Sequence record: NC_048747.1
Length of the DNA: 64,000 bases
Strand: one strand, 5' to 3'
How positions within the stretch are numbered: the first letter of the stretch is position 1; the number at the start of each line of letters is the position of its first letter. Below are positions 19,758 to 30,753 of this stretch, one piece after another. The notes under the pieces are model-generated. The model had not been told where the DNA came from, ran no database searches, and saw only the letters and a list, made by a program, of their open reading frames with translations. The translations under genes and the position numbers were made by a program.

Positions 19758-20866
19758 TACATACCGCCATTAAGAAGTTTCATGATGTCTGTTAAAGAAC
19801 CTACACTAGACTCTTTAGCTGCTTTTTGTTTGATGTCGTTGCGAGTGTATTGCTCAGGTAGTTTCTCACCCATGGTGTAGAAAGTGAACAAGCCACGAGA
19901 CTCATTACAAATTACGATGGTGTTGGCTTTAAGACCTTGCCACAAAGATTCACGCTGACTTACGTTATCAAAACGTTTGCCAGTCACTAACTCGATCTGA
20001 CGAGCCGTACTATCGGTGATAACGAACGTGTTCGCCATGTTGTTCATGGACATCTCGCCAGTCGCAAACGCTTTTTGGATGTGGTTACGTTGGTTGGCGA
20101 TAGAGTCGTTGATGTACTTCGTTTTAGACTTAAGATCGTCTAAACGTACACGGAACTTCTCTTTAACGATATCACTACCGGTCAACAGTTCAGGTGTGGT
20201 GATCATGTTAACGCTTAGTTTATCAAAGCGTGTTTTCCATTTATCTTCACCTTTGGCATTACTGAATACACGTTCTAAGTCTTTTACATCCATAGGAACA
20301 GGAATCTGACGGAACGTAAGAGGGAAGTTAACAGGTTTGTCGTCAATGTTAACTTGCGCTTCTACTGTGCGGCCTAACGCCAGTGGTGCGTATTCAGTCA
20401 AAACGGTTTGAGCAGATTTGCTATCAACGGATACTGGGTGTGCTTCTTGACCAGCAACTTCACCTTCAATAGGTTTTAAGATGTCTGTGCCACCGAAAGA
20501 CTCCAAGCCACCGAAACTACCTAGACGACGACTCATGTTACGAGTAGGACGAATAGGGTCAATGTACTTGTCAATCTGCACACCACCGATTGTACCTTGG
20601 AGACGTAAATGGCTCAAAGTAGCCTGAATATCTCGCAATTGTATGATCGTCATCAGGTCAGTCGCGTAGTCCTGATGCACTACAGATTGTTCGATGACGA
20701 CCATTGGTCGAATCATCGTTTTTTGTGCTGAAGCAACTAGACTGTTGCCTTTATGGGTGTCGTACACAGCACCACCCTGCGTAGTGACAGTCTCTGTCAA
20801 ATTGGCAATCCATTCCGGACTAAGTGCGTTCAGAAGGGCGGAGCCAAGAGTGATCATTGGGTTCAT
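19757..20866 (-). CDS. Head/inner-body protein, phiKZ gp89-like
   Basis: 369 aa; GGLE-S and AGQE-A motifs; coupled to the gp90-like gene. Confidence 0.6.
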   Translation of the reverse strand: MNPMITLGSALLNALSPEWIANLTETVTTQGGAVYDTHKGNSLVASAQKTMIRPMVVIEQSVVHQDYATDLMTIIQLRDIQATLSHLRLQGTIGGVQIDKYIDPIRPTRNMSRRLGSFGGLESFGGTDILKPIEGEVAGQEAHPVSVDSKSAQTVLTEYAPLALGRTVEAQVNIDDKPVNFPLTFRQIPVPMDVKDLERVFSNAKGEDKWKTRFDKLSVNMITTPELLTGSDIVKEKFRVRLDDLKSKTKYINDSIANQRNHIQKAFATGEMSMNNMANTFVITDSTARQIELVTGKRFDNVSQRESLWQGLKANTIVICNESRGLFTFYTMGEKLPEQYTRNDIKQKAAKESSVGSLTDIMKLLNGGM

Positions 20867-20904
20867 AATGAATTCTCTTCAAGTTAAGTTATTAGGAAAT
20901 AAAA

Positions 20905-21948
20905 ATGGATGAAATTGACAAACAGCAAAAGCCGCTCAACCCATTTACTGGGGAAGTCGATCCAAATTTGAAGGTTTGGTTGAATGACATTTTTAAAGAA
21001 AATGGCGGCGGTAGCTACCTTAGCCCGTTAGGTAATATTCTTCATGGCATAAAAATATTGGGTAACGGCATACAACTAGCACCTTTGGCTGATGACACCA
21101 TAGGATTAATGTTCATGCCTCGTCCCATCTTGAACCTCAGTGACGAGAACGTATCAAAGTCACCTCGATTTGCTAAACTGTATAAAGCTGACGCTAACAC
21201 ATTAGGTGGTTACATTCGTGGATTATTGGATTATCGTGTCGGTAGGACTTATAATCACCCCGCTTTAGATAACAAAAATGCCTGGCTCCCGCTATTAACT
21301 AACCTACTAAGGAAGTCGGACGGGTTCCCTGATCTAGAACTAGAATCGAATGCTGGTCAACCTGGTATCCGTCAAGAGGTCTACCAGTGGATAGAAGGCA
21401 TCTTAGAAACAAACGGACTGTTAACCATTAACCAAACCTATAAAAATGTTAAGGGCGGTATTCTCCCTTACTTATTTTCGGTTTGGGAACATTACATCCC
21501 TGAAGTTCGTTTGGGTGACCATGGCATGGAACCTTACTTCGAAGCTCAGCATCAAAACTATTGGGATTTCGATACTCGTATCTTCCACTTATTCATGAAC
21601 CCAAACATGGTGAACATCGAATCTATCTACATGACGATTCAATCGGTTCCCTCCACACACCCTCAAGGTAGTTTGGCTTCTATCGACTACGAACAAAACA
21701 GTCGACGTGGACCGGGTCAGGATACATACGATATTCAATTCAAATCCATAGGTGCTCGTGCTGATACCTTTGAGTGTGTTGACGCCTTCAATGGTTCTAC
21801 AACGTTCTTTAATTCTGACATGAGAGATGGTCGTCGTGAGAAAGTCTATCGTAAACTGGATCCGTCAGAATTCTTAGATCACAACTTTAAAGCTTATCCG
21901 TGGATTAACATTAATACCATGGAACTAGAATGGTGGGTAACTAAATAA
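20905..21948 (+). CDS. Virion structural protein, phiKZ gp88-like (possible tube-fold baseplate protein)
   Basis: 347 aa, plus-strand pair with the 974-aa gene as in phiKZ gp87/88. Confidence 0.5.
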   Translation: MDEIDKQQKPLNPFTGEVDPNLKVWLNDIFKENGGGSYLSPLGNILHGIKILGNGIQLAPLADDTIGLMFMPRPILNLSDENVSKSPRFAKLYKADANTLGGYIRGLLDYRVGRTYNHPALDNKNAWLPLLTNLLRKSDGFPDLELESNAGQPGIRQEVYQWIEGILETNGLLTINQTYKNVKGGILPYLFSVWEHYIPEVRLGDHGMEPYFEAQHQNYWDFDTRIFHLFMNPNMVNIESIYMTIQSVPSTHPQGSLASIDYEQNSRRGPGQDTYDIQFKSIGARADTFECVDAFNGSTTFFNSDMRDGRREKVYRKLDPSEFLDHNFKAYPWININTMELEWWVTK

Positions 21949-24872
21949 TGAGTGGTGAATTAACCTTCGATGAACTAAACCGCATCGCTAACAACCCGGG
22001 TCGTGCCATCTCCTTGGTACTCGACCGTACAGCAGAAGCCTTTGAAGGTAAACGAGTGGCCTTTGAAAGCACAAGTCATCCTTTCGTTCGTGCACTAGAT
22101 ACGATCGTTTCTGAATCAGCGGGTTTGATTAACCGCATCGGAGATGTGGAGTCTCGTCTTTATCGAGAACATGCTCGCAAACCGTCAGACTTATTCCGTC
22201 ACATGAGCGACTATGAGTTCTTTGGATTGTTTGGTTATCCTAGTGAGACCACAATGCGTTTCTCACTCCCTATGAACGAGATCCGTCGTTTAGCCATTCC
22301 TTACGAAGAACAGTCCGGTACGGTGATTAATAGCTACCGTAAGCTGGTGATGCCGAAAGATACCATCGTGGAAGTCTACGGTGTTCCTTTCAGTATCGTG
22401 CATGCGATTGAATTCCGTTTAATGGAAGCAGGGCACGTTCAGGTCGTTTACGATAGTAAGAGCGATCATCCTTTTTACAACATCACTACGAACTCCCTAG
22501 ATCGTCGTACAGTCAACATGCTGGGCGAAGAATACCTGTATGTCGATATTCCAGTGAAGCAGCTTAAGGGTGAGACTAAGCGTAAGATCGCTATCACACC
22601 AACTGCCGGTCTCCGTGAAACCTATACGTTCAAAGATAAACTCTTTGGTATTCGTGCTTTCCTAAGTCCGGCCAACGGCGAACCAACTCGTGAAATTCGT
22701 ATTGCGTATAACAACCAGGTCTTCAACCAAAACGAAGTGACCCTAACGGTGGATGTTGATCAGAACAACCAACAGTTTGTTTACGCTATTCCAGAAGTCT
22801 ACATCAATAACAAACGTGGTGTGGGTACTTTAACATTAGTCGTCTATACGACCAAAGGTGCGTACGAACAAGATTTGAAAACACTTCGTACTCAAACACA
22901 TACTGCAACGTATCTAGACTTTGATTACGGAACGAACCAACTTGGTCGTTATGAAGCACCAATGCGAGAAGTTAACAACTCAGCGTGGGAAATCCAGGCT
23001 GCGGTTAGTGGGGGTGCTAATCCTCGTAACTTCTTGCAAATGAAACACGAAGCGATCAATAACAGTCGTCGTCAATCCATCCCTATTTCGGAAAACCAGA
23101 TCAGCAACTACCTTAATGCCTACGGTTACAGTGCGACGAAACTGATCGACATGTACACCAACCGTCTGTATCAGTTAACCCGAGACCTACCAACGTACTC
23201 TGACGCTGAGAAGCGCTCAGTATCGGTTAACGCTTATATCGCTAGTGTGATGTATTCATTAGACGAACTGCGTGACTCTGGCGTGGTTTACGATAACGAT
23301 TTGCGTGTCACTATTCCACCGGGTACAGTCTTTGAAGTAACGGATACCGGCACACGTGTATTACCTAAGACTCAGGTTAATGCAATCGGCTTAATGACTA
23401 CGGATGAGTTGTTGGATTATGTTAACGGTCGCATGTTGGTCTACACACCTTTCCATAATGTGTTGGACACCACCAGTGGTACTGTTAAGATTCGTCCTTA
23501 TCTGTTGGATGTTCCTAAGTACGACAACCAGAACTTCCTTTATGAGAAAGAAACTCTGGGCGTGGAATTGAGTGTTGAGTCTATCTTAGTTGAACACTTA
23601 GAAAACGGTTACCGTATTGTTATGCGAACTCGTGGGGATGAAGTTTACAACTCCATGCCGGATGACAAAGTCGCTGCTCAACTTTACTTTACTCCGGCGG
23701 ACTCTAGTGAGATCGCTACAATGAAAGGTAATGTGTTGGGTCGTGATCAAGACAACAACCGCATCTGGGAATTCATCTTAGAAACCAACTTTGACGTAGA
23801 CGTTCGTGACATGCTGAGTTTTACTAACCTTCATATGTTCGGTCGTCCTGCTAAAAGCGTGAACGCAGAACTGAAAACTGACATCAAGGTCATGTTCTTA
23901 GTAGGTGCGTCTGAAGGTGAGAAACCAACGGAACAAGACTTGCGTATTGACGCTGTACTGTTTGGTTCTGGCATGACGTGTTTGATCGAGGTAGGTTATG
24001 ACGTGATCTTTGGTAAGACGTTGAATAACCTCTACCACCGTGCTCACCCAGTATTGGGCGAAGAACAATATCAACGTTATTCGGAAGACGTTCCTGAAGT
24101 ATGGCCTGAGGACACCTTCAAACGAGACGAGAACAACCGTTACGTATTTGAAGACGGCAAGATGGTGATCGAACACCGCGCTGGAGATCCAATGTATAAC
24201 GAGAATGGCGAACCCGTCATCTTGCATTACAAGAACTCTTTGGTTTATGACGATAACGGTAATCCCGTGAAGTTAAGTGGTGGTGAACTTAAATACTACA
24301 TGGACTTTGTTTGTTTCGATGGCAACTTCTGGTTCTCTAATGACCAGTATGATCTGAACTTCGCTAAACAGACTAAAGCGTACATCAGTGATGTGGTTAT
24401 GCAGGACATGGCTAACTTTGATAGTCAAATGCGTGATAAAACAGAATTGATGTTCTCACCTAAGGTGAAACTTGGTTTGATCAATGTAGTGATTAACTCT
24501 CAGTTTGAAACTAAAGTTCGTGCTGATCTATCATTTAACGTAGTTTACTACTTAACGCCAGCTGGCATCCGTAGTGACACCATTCGTCCAGCGCTTAAGA
24601 CCTTGACCTCTAATGTCATTAATGAGATGCTGAAAAACACCACGGTATCTAATAACGACATCTTGAGAGCATTGAAAGATGTTTTACCGACTGACGTGGT
24701 AGACGTCCGACTTAATGCTTTAGCTGACGACCAAGAGATCGATGTGGTGTCTAACATGGATACTACAACTTCGTTCTCAGTTCGTAAACGTCTAGAGAAC
24801 ACCGGTGATGGTGTAGCGAGTGTTAAAGAGGCAATCTCTTTTGCGTTCCTCCCACACTACAAAAATAAATAA
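21948..24872 (+). CDS. Large virion structural protein, phiKZ gp87-like (putative baseplate wedge)
   Basis: 974 aa, beta-rich; size, orientation and synteny. Confidence 0.55.
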   Translation: MSGELTFDELNRIANNPGRAISLVLDRTAEAFEGKRVAFESTSHPFVRALDTIVSESAGLINRIGDVESRLYREHARKPSDLFRHMSDYEFFGLFGYPSETTMRFSLPMNEIRRLAIPYEEQSGTVINSYRKLVMPKDTIVEVYGVPFSIVHAIEFRLMEAGHVQVVYDSKSDHPFYNITTNSLDRRTVNMLGEEYLYVDIPVKQLKGETKRKIAITPTAGLRETYTFKDKLFGIRAFLSPANGEPTREIRIAYNNQVFNQNEVTLTVDVDQNNQQFVYAIPEVYINNKRGVGTLTLVVYTTKGAYEQDLKTLRTQTHTATYLDFDYGTNQLGRYEAPMREVNNSAWEIQAAVSGGANPRNFLQMKHEAINNSRRQSIPISENQISNYLNAYGYSATKLIDMYTNRLYQLTRDLPTYSDAEKRSVSVNAYIASVMYSLDELRDSGVVYDNDLRVTIPPGTVFEVTDTGTRVLPKTQVNAIGLMTTDELLDYVNGRMLVYTPFHNVLDTTSGTVKIRPYLLDVPKYDNQNFLYEKETLGVELSVESILVEHLENGYRIVMRTRGDEVYNSMPDDKVAAQLYFTPADSSEIATMKGNVLGRDQDNNRIWEFILETNFDVDVRDMLSFTNLHMFGRPAKSVNAELKTDIKVMFLVGASEGEKPTEQDLRIDAVLFGSGMTCLIEVGYDVIFGKTLNNLYHRAHPVLGEEQYQRYSEDVPEVWPEDTFKRDENNRYVFEDGKMVIEHRAGDPMYNENGEPVILHYKNSLVYDDNGNPVKLSGGELKYYMDFVCFDGNFWFSNDQYDLNFAKQTKAYISDVVMQDMANFDSQMRDKTELMFSPKVKLGLINVVINSQFETKVRADLSFNVVYYLTPAGIRSDTIRPALKTLTSNVINEMLKNTTVSNNDILRALKDVLPTDVVDVRLNALADDQEIDVVSNMDTTTSFSVRKRLENTGDGVASVKEAISFAFLPHYKNK

Positions 24873-24879
24873 AAGCAAC

Positions 24880-24914
24880 TATACTCCCTCTCCCTTATCG
24901 GGAGAGGGAGTATA
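24880..24914. terminator. Bidirectional terminator between convergent genes
   Basis: 15-bp perfect stem tatactccctctccc/gggagagggagtata. Confidence 0.85.
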
Positions 24915-24920
24915 TATTGT

Positions 24921-25643
24921 TTACTTGTTTTCTAAAGCATCAAGTTGTTCTGGTGTAAGTTCCAAACGAGCAATGCCGAATTCAGTAATACGTTCTACTA
25001 GAGATTGTAACGCGTTAACTGCGTACATTAAACGTTCAGCATCCCAACTTAGACTCCAGAAATAGACACCACTGTGGTGAGGACGAACAGAGACATTGTA
25101 CAATGCTTCTTTAGCCGACTCCAAGGAATACATGTCCGTTAGGTAATCACCTTCTGGCTCTAACTTAGACCATTCAATCGGCTCATAGATACCACGGTTA
25201 ATGTAAGCATGGAAGCGAGAAACATCACGACTCAAACACACCGCTTTATGACAATTAACCTCAGTACGTTCTCGGTTTAATTCTTCCAACGTGTATTTGA
25301 TCATCTTGGTTGCTAGTTCGTAGTAACGGTGAATCAACTCACGTCCTTTGTTTAGAGGACTTAATTCAATATATCCGTTATTGCTACGAATAGCCACACA
25401 CTGACGGAAAGCATCACCATTAACGTGTGAGGGACCGCGGGTAGCGACCAAGTTCAACTCACGAATCTCCGACGGTAAAGCTTCAGCGAACTTAGCCATT
25501 TCCATTAGAGTTGCTTTGTCGATTGGGTTGTCTAACGCTTCTTTGAGTTCTACGACTTTCACGTTAAACTCAGCGATGTCATCTCCCCACTTACGAACAG
25601 CTTGACGAACAGCTTTGTATTCGCTATTAATCTCACGAATCAT
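24921..25643 (-). CDS. Hypothetical protein (240 aa)
   Basis: ORF track; overlaps the upstream stop. Confidence 0.7.
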   Translation of the reverse strand: MIREINSEYKAVRQAVRKWGDDIAEFNVKVVELKEALDNPIDKATLMEMAKFAEALPSEIRELNLVATRGPSHVNGDAFRQCVAIRSNNGYIELSPLNKGRELIHRYYELATKMIKYTLEELNRERTEVNCHKAVCLSRDVSRFHAYINRGIYEPIEWSKLEPEGDYLTDMYSLESAKEALYNVSVRPHHSGVYFWSLSWDAERLMYAVNALQSLVERITEFGIARLELTPEQLDALENK

Positions 25644-27103
25644 TTTACAGTCACCCCTACGTTAAGTTTACGAGACAACGTGTTCATCGTCTTCTTCATC
25701 CCAGGTAAGAGACGGTCGTACAGTGCACGCCATTGGCGTTCAGTTGCATCAAGTGCATGCTCAGGAACGTCTCTTAAGTTAGCTGTATCAAGTTGTACGC
25801 CGGTTGCATCATAGTGTGCTTGACGAGCATCCTTGCGTTGCTTAACCGTTTCCAGAGAATAGATGCCTAAGATCGCATCGTAACGCTGCGACCATTCTGC
25901 CAAGTAACGTACTTCATTACTGTAACGCACAGAAGCTTCTACACACATCTGAAGCGTCGTTGCGTAGTTAGCGCAGCGAGCTACAAACTCACGATACACT
26001 GCTACTGGGCGAGGGTTACCAGTTTCCTGAGCAAGTGTTTCGAAGAACTCCAAATCACTCATGCTGACCAGTTTATCAAAGTCTTTAAGATCGGAGAGAT
26101 CCACTTCAATATCCCAGTCACCAGGGTTTTCACTGATCTGCTTGCGTAGTTGGTTACCAAAGTCAGATAGTTGAGCGAACTCTTCTACTGAGACGTTGTC
26201 TTTGGTTGCCTCTTGGGTACGCTTCATCATATCCGAGAATTCACGGAACTGTTTATCCACATCAATGATGTTTTGATCTTTCTCATCAACGGTTGTTGCC
26301 GCCGCTAACTTAACGTACGCTGCCTTCAACGTATGTGTTTGTAGGTGCTGGGCAACTAGGTCAGTGATCTGCGCTTCCCAAAGACCCAAGTCTTCCATAG
26401 TCAAAGACTTTTCATTTGCACGCTTACGCAGATGTTTGATGCTCTTGTCGAAAGTATCTTTGGTCTTGTTAACACTTGCTTTGTGGCGAGACAGTTCAGA
26501 GATCAGTTTCTTAATGTGGAAAGAGTTCTCTGTCAAACGTTTTGCGGCTTCAATAACCTTAACGTTACGAGCTTTCAGTAAACGTACCATTTCCAAACGA
26601 CGCATTACAGGACGATGGGACTCCGTCAACTCCTTAACATCGATGATGTTAAAAGACGGACCGCCTAGTTGCATCAGTTTGTCTTCAATGTCGCGAAGCA
26701 TTTCTTCAGACTTTTGAATCTCACGGTTATCACTGAAGAAGTGCGTAAACTCACGAGCTTTAGTCAGAATCCATTTAAGTGCACCTGAGATAATCTTAAT
26801 AGCCCAAGTAACGAATTTCTTAGCACCTTCTTTGATGCTGTTTAAGAAAGACTCACCACCAAGGATGCCGTTAAGTTCTGTACAACCAGGTTCAAAACGC
26901 TCAGTACCAGAAACTTTTTGTTGCTCCAAAGCACGCTTGCTTAGTTTACCGTTACGTAGGTATTCTGCGATCGCTTCTGTTTCTTCATGGCTGGTTTTAT
27001 CATCGTAGTGTTCATCCAGATCGATGAGTTGTTCACCGTCACTCAACTTAACACCAGAGCCCGATGCCGTTCCCATGGAAACAAAGTTAGGAGTTTTACT
27101 CAT
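25640..27103 (-). CDS. Putative head/ejection protein
   Basis: SGTE-R and LGGE-SFLNSIKEGAKKF resemble the paralog box; helical body. Confidence 0.6.
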   Translation of the reverse strand: MSKTPNFVSMGTASGSGVKLSDGEQLIDLDEHYDDKTSHEETEAIAEYLRNGKLSKRALEQQKVSGTERFEPGCTELNGILGGESFLNSIKEGAKKFVTWAIKIISGALKWILTKAREFTHFFSDNREIQKSEEMLRDIEDKLMQLGGPSFNIIDVKELTESHRPVMRRLEMVRLLKARNVKVIEAAKRLTENSFHIKKLISELSRHKASVNKTKDTFDKSIKHLRKRANEKSLTMEDLGLWEAQITDLVAQHLQTHTLKAAYVKLAAATTVDEKDQNIIDVDKQFREFSDMMKRTQEATKDNVSVEEFAQLSDFGNQLRKQISENPGDWDIEVDLSDLKDFDKLVSMSDLEFFETLAQETGNPRPVAVYREFVARCANYATTLQMCVEASVRYSNEVRYLAEWSQRYDAILGIYSLETVKQRKDARQAHYDATGVQLDTANLRDVPEHALDATERQWRALYDRLLPGMKKTMNTLSRKLNVGVTVK

Positions 27104-27113
27104 GACTAACCCC

Positions 27114-27524
27114 TTATTTGTTGTGTGCGATGATTTCGTTTAGCAGAGCGCGATGCAGTGCTGTGAACTCAGGGACTTTCAGTAAGTCAACTTCCAGACC
27201 TTCGATGTCAAGTTCAATAGGTTGGAAATTGCCGCCAGCGACTGCTTGGTTGTAAAGGCGTTGTAGAATAGCTCGAACGTCTTCGAAGATCTTACGATGG
27301 TTAACAGGAGATACTTCGTTCCAGTATTCCACGGTGTTGCGCATGGCTTCACTAGCATGGTCTGTTAGGTTAGGACCTTCTACACCACCAGTGATGTAAG
27401 CGTAAGAAATGATTGCGCGAGTAATCGCAGAATCTACGATCTTAGCCTGATCTTCAGGATTCGACGTGATGTTCTCTTCGATCAACTTGGCGTTGAGTTT
27501 CACGATGTGATTTAGGTGTGACAT
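27114..27524 (-). CDS. Conserved hypothetical/structural protein (136 aa)
   Basis: ORF track; operon context. Confidence 0.6.
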   Translation of the reverse strand: MSHLNHIVKLNAKLIEENITSNPEDQAKIVDSAITRAIISYAYITGGVEGPNLTDHASEAMRNTVEYWNEVSPVNHRKIFEDVRAILQRLYNQAVAGGNFQPIELDIEGLEVDLLKVPEFTALHRALLNEIIAHNK

Positions 27525-27525
27525 T

Positions 27526-28854
27526 TTAAGCTCCCTTACCTAAAAGTTGAATTTTGTTATTGACCAATGTCATCTCATTGTTCAACATGATTTTGGTGTA
27601 ATGCTCTAAAGCATCGTAACGTGGTGAACCTTCACTGAACATCCAAGTTAACAAACGTTGCATACCAGTGTCTTCAAAGAAAGGTTTAGCTTCTTGAACG
27701 ATCTTGAGGTTTTTCTCTAGATCACGGATAGCTTTACGTTTGTCACTGTCAGATAGGTTCTTAGCTTGCTTAAGGCGCTGGATTTGTTCTTGGAACATGT
27801 TCAGGATTCGACGATACGGAGTATCATAGATGTCCGCCACCATAGTCATGCTAAAGTACATGAAGCTGGTTAGCGCCATACCCAGTAAGAAAGCACCGAC
27901 AATAAACCCTAGGATAGGAATGCAGCTCGCAGTAATCATTGCGGTCACCACACCACTCATAAGGGTACCCATGAAGAGTTCCATGCCAGAAACATCATTA
28001 AGACCTTTAGTGCCTTCAATCAATGCTTTATCACAACCCATGCGGATAGCGTAGACGTCAGCTAAAACTTCAGCATTCATCAGATCCACACCTAATGAAC
28101 GGGAGTTCATCTGGGTGCGTTGTTGGGACAACTTAGTCAAGCTAGTAACGATCACTTCGCTATCACCAGACTCCGCAATTTTCTTCAGGTCTTTAACTTG
28201 CTTCTCGTCGATCTCCATCAGACGCAAAGCATCTTTATAGATCGCAACTTCTGTTTGACCGTGACTTTGGTTACTCATGAAATGAACTGCCGAAGTGATG
28301 GCATACGAGTCCATTAGGAAACGGTGGATGGAGAACACACCCGAGAACGCATGGCCGAGTTCATGGGTAATAAAGGCGATCAGTTGTTCAGCCATGTCTA
28401 GGTCAGTTTCCTTATTCATGAAACTGGTTAAGTCATGGTTGATGTAAATTTCAAAAGGCATGGTAGCGTAAGCGCCACCCACTTTACCTGTTTTGAAATC
28501 GATGGTACCGCGCATCAAGTTAGATTGGTTTTGGGTAAACCAACGATAAAGATTAGTTTGACCTTTAGGTAGGAAATACTCGATGTCTTTGGAATTCAGG
28601 ATGTTACCAGGAGATACGTAACCAGCATCAATAGCCAAGTTGCCGTAATCGATAAGGTTAAAGTTGAGGTTCTCAAACCCAGTGTACTTTTTAATGACCT
28701 CGTGAACACCCATAGGAAGTTCAGTCAATTGACCGTCCTGAACAACGGGTTCGAATAAAGCCACCATTTCATTAAAGAAATCACGGGATTGGAAATCCAT
28801 AAACTCTAGGCCCGCGATCTTTAGTTGCGGGTTTAGAAATTTGTTGCTGATCAT
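27526..28854 (-). CDS. Putative virion protein with zincin motif and hydrophobic hairpin
   Basis: THELGHAF, downstream EVLADVYA, ~45-aa hydrophobic stretch, N-terminal AGLE-F. Confidence 0.65.
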   Translation of the reverse strand: MISNKFLNPQLKIAGLEFMDFQSRDFFNEMVALFEPVVQDGQLTELPMGVHEVIKKYTGFENLNFNLIDYGNLAIDAGYVSPGNILNSKDIEYFLPKGQTNLYRWFTQNQSNLMRGTIDFKTGKVGGAYATMPFEIYINHDLTSFMNKETDLDMAEQLIAFITHELGHAFSGVFSIHRFLMDSYAITSAVHFMSNQSHGQTEVAIYKDALRLMEIDEKQVKDLKKIAESGDSEVIVTSLTKLSQQRTQMNSRSLGVDLMNAEVLADVYAIRMGCDKALIEGTKGLNDVSGMELFMGTLMSGVVTAMITASCIPILGFIVGAFLLGMALTSFMYFSMTMVADIYDTPYRRILNMFQEQIQRLKQAKNLSDSDKRKAIRDLEKNLKIVQEAKPFFEDTGMQRLLTWMFSEGSPRYDALEHYTKIMLNNEMTLVNNKIQLLGKGA

Positions 28855-28935
28855 GTGGATTACCTTTTTAAATTTACTACAATGCGCATTATACTAGACC
28901 TAATTAAATCCAGTCATAAAATGAGGAAGGCTGAA

Positions 28936-30693
28936 ATGAATTATAGTTACACGCCGCCTTCGAGCGAATCCCCAGTTGTAGGGAAAGTGTGTAAACACGC
29001 TGTGTATGTTCCGTCTAAGCGAGATAAGCTTAAAGACATGACGTTTATTAAACAAACGACCATACACGAGAACGGTGACCGTACTAACCAATTTCTTAAA
29101 GTCCCAGACTACGTTCGACCTTTCTATATCGTTAAAGAAAAATACCGTAAATTCGAACAGAAAAAAGATTACATTGATAAAAGACTGGTAAAACAATACA
29201 AGTCCACTCAAGCTAGATTGGCAATGAACATCAAGCGCGTCCTATACGGCATCAATGACCGCAATGCTGACTTGATGGCAGTAAAAGCAAATCCTTATGT
29301 GTTTGGTTGTGAGACTTCCGTTCCGGTACTGGTTAAACGCCGTTACTTTGAACGTTACCCTGACTATCAAGAAACAGAACCAGCTACGTTGGCAGCATAC
29401 GACGTTGAGACTGACATGGTGAATGGTGAGGGCGAAGATGTTATCATGGCTTCGACCACCATGAAAGAGAAAATCTATTTTGCTGTGGTCCGTAGTTTCT
29501 TTGAGGGAATGTCAGATGAAGACATTTTAGATGGACTTAAGAAATCTGAAGAGGAATTAATCGGAGAACGTCTACGTAAACGTGGAGCGACAGTAGTTTA
29601 CGAGATAGTAGATAATCAAACTCAATGTGTTGAAAATAACATTAAATGTTGGCATATGTGGGAACCTGATTTCATCTCATCTTGGAACGCCTCTTACGAT
29701 ATGGTTCGAAATGAACACGCCCTTAATCTAGGTGGACGTGATTTAGAAGAAGTCTATACTGACCCATCTATACCTCGAGAATTCCGTTACTATCAATACC
29801 ACGAGGGACGCACCCATAAGCGTAAAGAGAATGGCGACTCTCAACCGCTTGAGTGGCAGGAACGTTATCCTACAGTTCGTGCTGCTGCTAGATGGCAGTG
29901 GTTGGATGGTGCGAGTTTCTATGCGATTAAAAACGCCCCTAAAGGTAAGAAAGAATCTTACTCACTGGAGTTTACTGCGCAAGACAACGGCATCGAGGGT
30001 AAGCTTTACACGGACAAAGGTTCACACCTAACTCAAGGTAAAGCGGCATGGCACCGTTGGATGCAGAAAAACGCTAAGTTCGAATACTGCATGTACAACA
30101 TCTCTGATAACTTGGTTATTGAAGAGATGGATGAGAAAACCAACGACATCGCACTGAACCTACCTTTGCTATTGAAGTCTACTGAGTTCTTTGATTACCC
30201 GTCTCAACCTAAATGTATTTCTAACGAACTATCGTTTATCGCAGAAGAACATGGTTACATTTGGGGAACCAAAGGTCGTGGTGGTAAGAAAGATGAACTG
30301 GATCAACACAAACCAACACTGGGAGATTGGATTGCGTTATTAGAGACAGAGAAAAACGCAGACAACGGTAAAGCGGTATTTATCGGGATGCCGGGGATAC
30401 GTTCTCGTGGTCGTGGTCTGACAGATGACATCGACGTAGAGGGTGCATACCCAACTGCAACAGTAGCATTAAACATCTCTAATAAGACAACTAAGATAGA
30501 AGCTTGTGCGATACAAGGGTTGAATCCAATTCAGTTCCGCGAAGTAGGTGTTAACTATGCTTCTTCTCCTAAAGCTAACGCTGTATCATTGTGTGCTACT
30601 TTGCACCGTTTCCCTGGCTACGAGGAAATGGATGAGATATTCCCTGAACTATACGAAGAAGAGTTTGGTGAACCACTAGCACTCGCTGCTTAA
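28936..30693 (+). CDS. Split B-family DNA polymerase, exonuclease/motif A half (phiKZ gp82-like); start revised to MNYSYTPP
   Basis: ExoI YDVETD, ExoII WNASYDM, ExoIII YNISDN, motif A-like DIDVEGAYPT; GAGGAAGG RBS before ATG 28936. Confidence 0.85.
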   Translation: MNYSYTPPSSESPVVGKVCKHAVYVPSKRDKLKDMTFIKQTTIHENGDRTNQFLKVPDYVRPFYIVKEKYRKFEQKKDYIDKRLVKQYKSTQARLAMNIKRVLYGINDRNADLMAVKANPYVFGCETSVPVLVKRRYFERYPDYQETEPATLAAYDVETDMVNGEGEDVIMASTTMKEKIYFAVVRSFFEGMSDEDILDGLKKSEEELIGERLRKRGATVVYEIVDNQTQCVENNIKCWHMWEPDFISSWNASYDMVRNEHALNLGGRDLEEVYTDPSIPREFRYYQYHEGRTHKRKENGDSQPLEWQERYPTVRAAARWQWLDGASFYAIKNAPKGKKESYSLEFTAQDNGIEGKLYTDKGSHLTQGKAAWHRWMQKNAKFEYCMYNISDNLVIEEMDEKTNDIALNLPLLLKSTEFFDYPSQPKCISNELSFIAEEHGYIWGTKGRGGKKDELDQHKPTLGDWIALLETEKNADNGKAVFIGMPGIRSRGRGLTDDIDVEGAYPTATVALNISNKTTKIEACAIQGLNPIQFREVGVNYASSPKANAVSLCATLHRFPGYEEMDEIFPELYEEEFGEPLALAA

Positions 30694-30716
30694 ACAAAAA
30701 AAAATAAAGAGAGTTT

Positions 30717-30748
30717 AGTACCTGTCTCCCACATGGGAGACAGGTACT
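30717..30748. terminator. Bidirectional terminator
   Basis: 14-bp perfect stem agtacctgtctccc/gggagacaggtact between convergent genes. Confidence 0.85.
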
Positions 30749-30753
30749 TATTA

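Noticed and set aside
9000-20912. Plus-strand 60-113 aa ORFs antisense to the head-protein genes
   Set aside because: Shadows of biased codon usage; no RBS, atypical Ser/Leu-rich composition, fully overlapping real genes
8101-28925. Systematic late-promoter (TATG) calls
   Set aside because: A 4-nt motif is too frequent to call without TSS data
28855-28935. ORF-track N-terminal extension of the polymerase exonuclease gene
   Set aside because: Abuts the divergent gene start; the best RBS precedes ATG 28936. Similar revisions were made for 12199 and 45565
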